Made by a program: the position numbers and the translations under genes. The notes beneath the pieces were generated by a model. The model did not search any database, was not told the DNA's origin, and saw only the letters and a list, made by a program, of their open reading frames with translations. A stretch of DNA of 64,000 nucleotides, taken from assembly GCF_001447785.1 (NCBI RefSeq), contig NW_015160915.1, forward strand, positions 181,960-245,959, given 5' to 3'. The number at the start of each line of letters is the position of its first letter. Within the stretch, counting starts at the first letter, position 1. This document shows positions 57,709 to 64,000 of this stretch, in pieces. The stretch is from Gekko japonicus (Eukaryota).

Positions 57709-60700
57709 GTAAGTGGATCCCATTCCTTTCCCTTCGTCATTTTCAAAGGCTGTGGGTAACATAAAGTTCCAAGCCCTGCGTCGACATGGCAAACAGAATG
57801 AGCTCTAAGGGGGTGGAGTGGGGAGTCTGGAGAGGGGGAGTATCGCTGATGCTGTGATGTCACTTCCGGGTGATCACCTGGAAGTCGCTTCCCACACTTC
57901 TCTAGGAATTTTCCCATCTCCATGGTAAGAGTCTGTCCTGACTGCTGGCACCCAGAGGCAGTTTCTCGGCATCACAGCTTGTAAAGCAGTTCCAGGGCCA
58001 GGCTTCAAAATACAGTTCCAAGGTTGAGGCGCAGGGCAGGCAGCACTCACAGCTTCAAGTCCACAGGAACATCCAGGAACAAGGATGCAAAGGGACAGGC
58101 CAGGGACAGAGACGGAGAAGTCCATCCGGAGCACAGGCCGCAAGGTCAGTCCTTAACACTCAGCCACCCCCTTCTCTGCTGCTTTTGAGCACCACGCTTG
58201 CTCAGCAGCCTGTCCTGAGTCAGGCACCTCCCGGCTGCCTCAGCCCTGCTCCTGCAAGCACTCGTCCTCCCTGTTGGTGCCTGGCCAGTGCTGTGCTGCT
58301 AGGCATGCTCTGCACCTTCTCTCTAGAAAGTCTCTCCTCATCTTCCTCCTACAATGTTCCCAAGACTCTGGCAACCGGGGTGTGTGTGTGAACTGACCGG
58401 CAGCTGACTCTCTGTTGCCAGCTCAGGGCTGGGGGGGCGGAGGGGCCAGTGCGCTGGTTTCTGGCTGAGGACCTGTGTCTGGCCCCTCAGAGACTGCCTC
58501 CTCCTTCAGTGCCTCGACCCCTGGCTGTGGGTTGGGGTCAGGTCCACTGGCTGCCTCCTCCTGAGAGGAGTCTTCAGCGTCTCTTTGCTCTGCTGAGTTT
58601 GGCTGGTCCACCACACAACCATGGAGATGAGAGAAAATTCCTTGAGTGGTGTGTCTGGTAACCCAGAAGTGACATCACTATGTCTGCGATGTCACTTCCC
58701 CCCAATCTTTGTCTCACTGCTCAGTTGATCAAGCGTGAGGAATGAAGTGTCAGCTTTGCTGCTATGGGAGGGGCAACTGGTGACCCTCGGACAGCCTGAG
58801 AAGTGGTTGGTCCTTGGGCTCCATGGAAGAGCAGGCAGGACTCCACGTACTTCAGTGTTTCAGGCTGCATTTCTCCCCAAAGGGACCCTGAAGTGGCTTA
58901 CACAAAAGAGAGAAGATTCTACAGCACAAAAACAACTAGACAAACCCAGAAAAGCCACGACACATCCAGGTTGTTCCCAGTCCACCAAGCTTACCATCGC
59001 AGGTCCCAGGCTGTGAAACCAGGGTCTCTTGCCCTTCCCCTTGCACCCAAGGGCTCCTCCCTCTGGCCCCACCCAGGCTTGGAATACCTGCAGGAAGAAG
59101 GCTCTTCTGAGGAGGCTGCCACAGGAGGCAGTAGGGTTTCCCGGTCCTATTTTGTCCCCAGCGGGGGGGTTTGAGGAGCATGCCAGGAGGGGGAGGGGCC
59201 ATCCCCGACGCGATGACATTGTGCAGAGCAGTGTCATCATGACAGGGGCCCAGCGCCGTGTGCGCATCCCCCTCCCGTTTCCCCCCACCCATTTAAAGGG
59301 AACCTTCCCTTTAAACTTGGGAAGGGAGCGAGGAACGCGGATTCACTGCTTGCAGGGCAGACATGCACGGCCTCCGCTCTTTTCAAGCAGGGCCGCGGAC
59401 AGCTGCTGAGGCGGGGCTTCTCCCTAGCTGGCTGGCGTCTGGGGGCAGCCCAAAAAACTGGGGGATCCCCCCCCTCCTGGGGACTGGCATCCCTCAGAGG
59501 CAAAGCCAGCCACAAAACGGCTCTGCTGCAGCTTCCCTTCAGTCACACAGTCAAAGCCCTATTTTTTTAAAATTCTGCCCAGCCAATCAAATCTCAAGTG
59601 GCCAATCAGAAGCTCTGCTGGGCAAAAGCCCACCTGGCCCCGCCCACTTTCTTTAAACACTTTGTGGACCCCAAGAAAGGTGTCGGCAGGCACCATAAGC
59701 ACCTACGGACACGATATTGGGGAGCAATGCTCCCTCTAAGCTGTGGAGTCCTGTGCGCAAAAATTCTACTTTGCGAACTACGGGCAGTAAACTTGTGAGC
59801 GAGCAATTTGGCTGCTGCATAAATGAGTTTGCTCTGGAGCCCCATCCTTCCTGAGCTAAGACAAAAACGTGTGAGCCGGAGGCTAAAAAACTGAGCTAGC
59901 TCACACTAATGACTCGCTCATATTTGTACATGTGTAGGAGAGATGTTTTTAATCGTTTGTCCACGGGCCTTGAGACACATTCCGAGTTATCATCGTGACA
60001 CTCTGGAGGCTCTTTCAAGTTCACTCTACCAAAGGGAAGGCGAAAGGGGGAGGTGGAATCCTCTCCCCCGTCTCCCCCATCAGCACAGACAATTTCGAGA
60101 GGGGGGATTCTTGGCTGACTCAGGACAGCCCATTACAGGGCAGCCCTCAGCAGAGTTAACCCCCTCCTCAGCCCCTTGACTTCCACGTACTTAGAAAGGG
60201 AGTCACTCTTCTTTAGGACTCCGCTGCTAATTCACTGAACTCTCTGGGTAGTCTGGAGACCAAGAGGCCACGAAGTCCATGAAAAATATTGGATGCATAC
60301 GCTTTGAGAAATTCAAAAGAAACATGAAATCGGAACAACATTACATCGGAGTTTCTGTATATGTCCTCAAGCGGCAGCCACTGAAGTAAAGCCACGGGCA
60401 ATGATGCCCCATTTCGTTTCTTCTCTCATCACTGGGGTCATGTGAGGAGGAGACCCCCCAGGTGATGTCCGGAAGGCCTTCTCAGTCGTGGCACCAAAAT
60501 TATCGAAACTCCTTCCCAGGGAGATTCATCTGTTCCCCTCCCTTATGATCTTGCACCTGCCGGGTGAAGAACTTTGCTGAATTGTTTGGTGTTCCCTCAC
60601 TGGACCCTCATTTCTTTTTCTGTGTTTGTATATTTTCTTTCGCTTTTTTGGATTTTAACGCTTGTTTCAACGTTTTTGATTGACTGCTGCCATGGGGACT

Positions 60701-60877
60701 CTACCTTGGGTGGAAAGGCAACATAAAAATGTTTTAAATATAAACAAAGGAATAAGAAAACATATTCCTGATAGCGTCTCATTTGAGGCCTGCAGTGAGA
60801 CGACCTTACCTACCCTAAAGGCCCTTATGCATTTCTTCTCCTGCCTGCTTTGCTACACTTTCAGCCATTCGTTGCCT

Positions 60878-61156
60878 AGGTTCCCTTGCTCGAAAGCCAG
60901 TCGAATCCGACTCTAGGGTTGCGGTGCTCATCTCTGTTTCAAAGCCGAAGAGCCAGCGCTGTCCGAAGACGTTTCCGTGGTCATGTGGCTGGCATGACTA
61001 AACACCAAGGCGGACGGAACGCTGTTACCTTCCCACCGAAGCGGTACCTATTTATCTACTTGCAATTTCTTGCTTTCGAACTGCTAGGTTGGCAGGAGCT
61101 GGAACTAGAGACGGGAGCTCACTCCATCATGCGGCCACCCGGGTCTCGAACTGCTG
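60878..61156 (-). mobile_element. Sauria SINE (runs into gap)
   Basis: Reverse complement of the copy at 63118; GGTCATGTGGC..GTTACCTTCCCACC..GGTACCTATTTATCTAC..CGAACTGCTAGGTTGGCAG. Confidence 0.85.
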
Positions 61157-62908
61157 NNNNNNNNNNNNNNNNNNNNNNNNNNNNNNNNNNNNNNNNNNNN
61201 NNNNNNNNNNNNNNNNNNNNNNNNNNNNNNNNNNNNNNNNNNNNNNNNNNNNNNNNNNNNNNNNNNNNNNNNNNNNNNNNNNNNNNNNNNNNNNNNNNNN
61301 NNNNNNNNNNNNNNNNNNNNNNNNNNNNNNNNNNNNNNNNNNNNNNNNNNNNNNNNNNNNNNNNNNNNNNNNNNNNNNNNNNNNNNNNNNNNNNNNNNNN
61401 NNNNNNNNNNNNNNNNNNNNNNNNNNNNNNNNNNNNNNNNNNNNNNNNNNNNNNNNNNNNNNNNNNNNNNNNNNNNNNNNNNNNNNNNNNNNNNNNNNNN
61501 NNNNNNNNNNNNNNNNNNNNNNNNNNNNNNNNNNNNNNNNNNNNNNNNNNNNNNNNNNNNNNNNNNNNNNNNNNNNNNNNNNNNNNNNNNNNNNNNNNNN
61601 NNNNNNNNNNNNNNNNNNNNNNNNNNNNNNNNNNNNNNNNNNNNNNNNNNNNNNNNNNNNNNNNNNNNNNNNNNNNNNNNNNNNNNNNNNNNNNNNNNNN
61701 NNNNNNNNNNNNNNNNNNNNNNNNNNNNNNNNNNNNNNNNNNNNNNNNNNNNNNNNNNNNNNNNNNNNNNNNNNNNNNNNNNNNNNNNNNNNNNNNNNNN
61801 NNNNNNNNNNNNNNNNNNNNNNNNNNNNNNNNNNNNNNNNNNNNNNNNNNNNNNNNNNNNNNNNNNNNNNNNNNNNNNNNNNNNNNNNNNNNNNNNNNNN
61901 NNNNNNNNNNNNNNNNNNNNNNNNNNNNNNNNNNNNNNNNNNNNNNNNNNNNNNNNNNNNNNNNCCTAGCACGAGTTTATATGTTGGTGCTACCACAGTT
62001 ATATTGTGATATATGATATTGTTCTTTTTTGGTTGTTGTTCTTGTTCTTGTTGATTTGTTTTATTATAAAATAAAATTATAAATTGGAAAAAAGCTGGGT
62101 TACTTTAGCCCTTGATATGGAAGAGAAACTACCCTTCCTTCCCAATAGCTGACATTGACTGGAGGATTTCCAAAAGGGCACTTCCATTTACACAATGGCT
62201 TCACTCCCTCTGCAGTCCAGCAATCCTTTACCATTCTGGTAGCCCTGAAAATCAGTGTATGATCCAGGGGCAGGGTTTCTCTCGTGTAAATGTGACATTT
62301 AGAAAAGCTAACCTTGGGTAGGTTGCGACAATTTTTTTTGAACTTCCATAGAGGAAGTTCATAATTTCTGGACCAAAATCAAGGTGATGGTGGTACTGGT
62401 TTTCTGAAGGTGCTTACAGGATCCTGTGTGCTGCCTTTGCTGTAGGACTGTAGCCAGCATGGATCTGTCAAAAGTCTCACTTTGGCTTGTGTGAAGGACT
62501 CCTGTGGCCTGAGTCCTGTTGGGATTCTGGATTCTCACTTTGTAGCATCCACACCCTGTTCAGTCAATTCCAAAACATCCTTTGCCTTAAATAGCACCGG
62601 ACTGCATTTTAAAAACTCGAACTACAGAATTCTGGCACAAAATTGTGCTGAAGCGAAGCATCAACTTTCTAGATCAGATATTCTGTGCCTTTTGCTTTCT
62701 AAATCCTACAGAAGCTGTAACTGGGAATGTTGAAAATTACATTACGATAACAGAAATGTGGGTATCTGCAAGCAAAGATGGGAGGAGGATCCCCGCTCCC
62801 TCAGATTTGTTTCTGCATCAATACTTTTGGGAACTGCTATTCTTGTTGCAAGATGATCTATAAATACAATGGTTTGATGTTTATTCTCTGTTCCTTTTGC
62901 TTCTCCAG

Positions 62909-62941
62909 ACATTCTGCGTTGGGCGTTTCCAAAGAAAAGAG
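62909..62941 (+). CDS. TRIM gene 3 exon 6 (33 bp)
   Basis: TTCTCCAG| (D)ILRWAFPKKR |GTAAAT; near-identical to gene 1 exon 6. Confidence 0.82.
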
Positions 62942-63117
62942 GTAAATTTTGACGCCTGAGACAGAACAAAATTAACAACAAGGAGAAGGGACTTGTCAGG
63001 AGGTTTTCTAGTCATGTTTCATTGACATTTGAGAATTCCATCCTATGAACGTGAGAATCATAAATGGGTTAGTTATGGAAAGTGGGAAAGAGGAATGGGG
63101 AAACAGTAAGTGATTTT

Positions 63118-63346
63118 GTCCTGCCAACCTAGCAGTTCGAAAGCAAGAAATTGCAAGTAGATAAATAGGTACCACTTCGGTGGGAAGGTAACAGCGTTCC
63201 ATGCACGTTGGTGTTTAGTCACGCCGGCCACATGACCACGGAAATGTCTTCGGACAGCGCTGGCTCTTCGGCTTTGAAACGGAGATGAGCACCGCAACCC
63301 TAGAGTCGGATTCGACTGGCTTTCGAGCAAGGGAACCTTTACCTTT
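63118..63346 (+). mobile_element. Sauria SINE (5'-truncated)
   Basis: BovB-like 3' end GAGTCGGATTCGACTGG.. and (ACCTTT)n tail. Absent from the gene 1 intron. Confidence 0.85.
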
Positions 63347-63864
63347 AAGTGATTTTGAGTGTGAGTCTTTTAACCTGAGAACATCATAAGCCCTCCTGTA
63401 TTGGTCCCAGGTCCATCTAGTCCAGAACCCTGTTTCCATCAACGGACACCGGGCTGAGCAGGGCGCAACAGGCTCGGTGGTGGTCACGCTCCATGGCCCC
63501 GCCTGGCTGCTTGGGAGGAGACTCCAACTCAGAGGGGTAGTTCAGCTGTCCCCTTTATTCAGTAGTCTCCTGGACACAATTTCTCCTTTGGGAACAGGCT
63601 CGCCTCCCAGGAAGAGTTCCCTAACTTCTCCAGGCTGTGCGCCTTCTTCCCACTTCTCTCTCTGTCACCCATCCCAGGCTACTTTGCTAAGGAGAATAAG
63701 TACAGTGTGGGCGTTCAGAGGGTCAGACGAGGCCTGGTGGAATCTTGAGTTCCAATCCCAATGAGCCATTCAGATGAGTGAGGGACCTGGAGCCACCCTT
63801 CCTTAGCTTGACCTACTTCACAGGGCTGTTGTGAGGATAAACTAAAGGAACGATGAATCTTCAG

Positions 63865-64000
63865 ACCAGCCTCATTTCCTTCTTTGATCGAGTGACGAGC
63901 TTACTGGGTCGAGGGAATGCTGTTGATGTTGCTTACCTGGATTTCATTAAAGCTTTTGACAGGGTTCCCCATGATGTTCTGATGGGTAAACTAGAGGACT
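63865..64000 (+). mobile_element. CR1 RT fragment (continues past the window)
   Basis: TSLISFFDRVT..AVDVAYLDFIKAFDRVPHDVLMGKL. Confidence 0.85.

Larger units (their letters stand above)
51427..62941 (+). pseudogene. TRIM gene 3 (close paralog of gene 1), frameshifted in exon 1; PRY/SPRY exon expected beyond the window end
   Basis: Exons 51427-51854, 55395-55490, 56639-56869, 57686-57708 and 62909-62941. Exon 5 is not visible and is probably in gap 61157-61964. A 4-bp deletion relative to gene 1 near 51455 makes the ATG frame read MASGGPGRGLRK*. Confidence 0.75.

Noticed and set aside
60886-62016. Long ORFs across gaps
   Set aside because: They consist mostly of N bases.

Overview
Vertebrate genomic DNA, almost certainly squamate and probably gecko, judged from its Sauria, Squam3-type and 5S-derived SINEs, SPIN element and CR1 tails. 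It has five N-gaps. The window holds a tandem cluster of three + strand class C-IV TRIM genes (RING-B-box2-coiled-coil-PRY/SPRY; TRIM27/RFP-, TRIM39-, TRIM7-like), with internal exons of 96/231/23/116-119/33 bp. Gene 1 (5656-25051) is intact: 7 coding exons, 476 aa. Gene 2 (30083-41316) has intact visible exons except one in-frame TGA in the coiled-coil exon. Gene 3 (51427 to past the window end) is a close paralog of gene 1 with a 4-bp frameshift just after the ATG and an in-frame ATG downstream of the RING. All three promoters share a GAS/NF-kB-type motif. In genes 1 and 3 it sits in a ~540-bp module, which is tandemly reiterated before gene 3. About 0.8 kb upstream of gene 1 is a 4.15-kb foldback element: 24-bp terminal inverted repeats enclosing ~23 copies of a 154-bp unit, with diverged inverted copies of the same unit at its ends. 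Introns and intergenic DNA are rich in transposons, several confirmed by target-site duplications (TSDs) and empty paralogous sites. These include hAT MITEs (one is SPIN), solo LTRs, CR1/L1/L2 fragments, SINEs and Penelope-like insertions with minimal hammerhead-ribozyme motifs. There are no CRISPR arrays or prokaryotic features, and most ORFs in the track are spurious.
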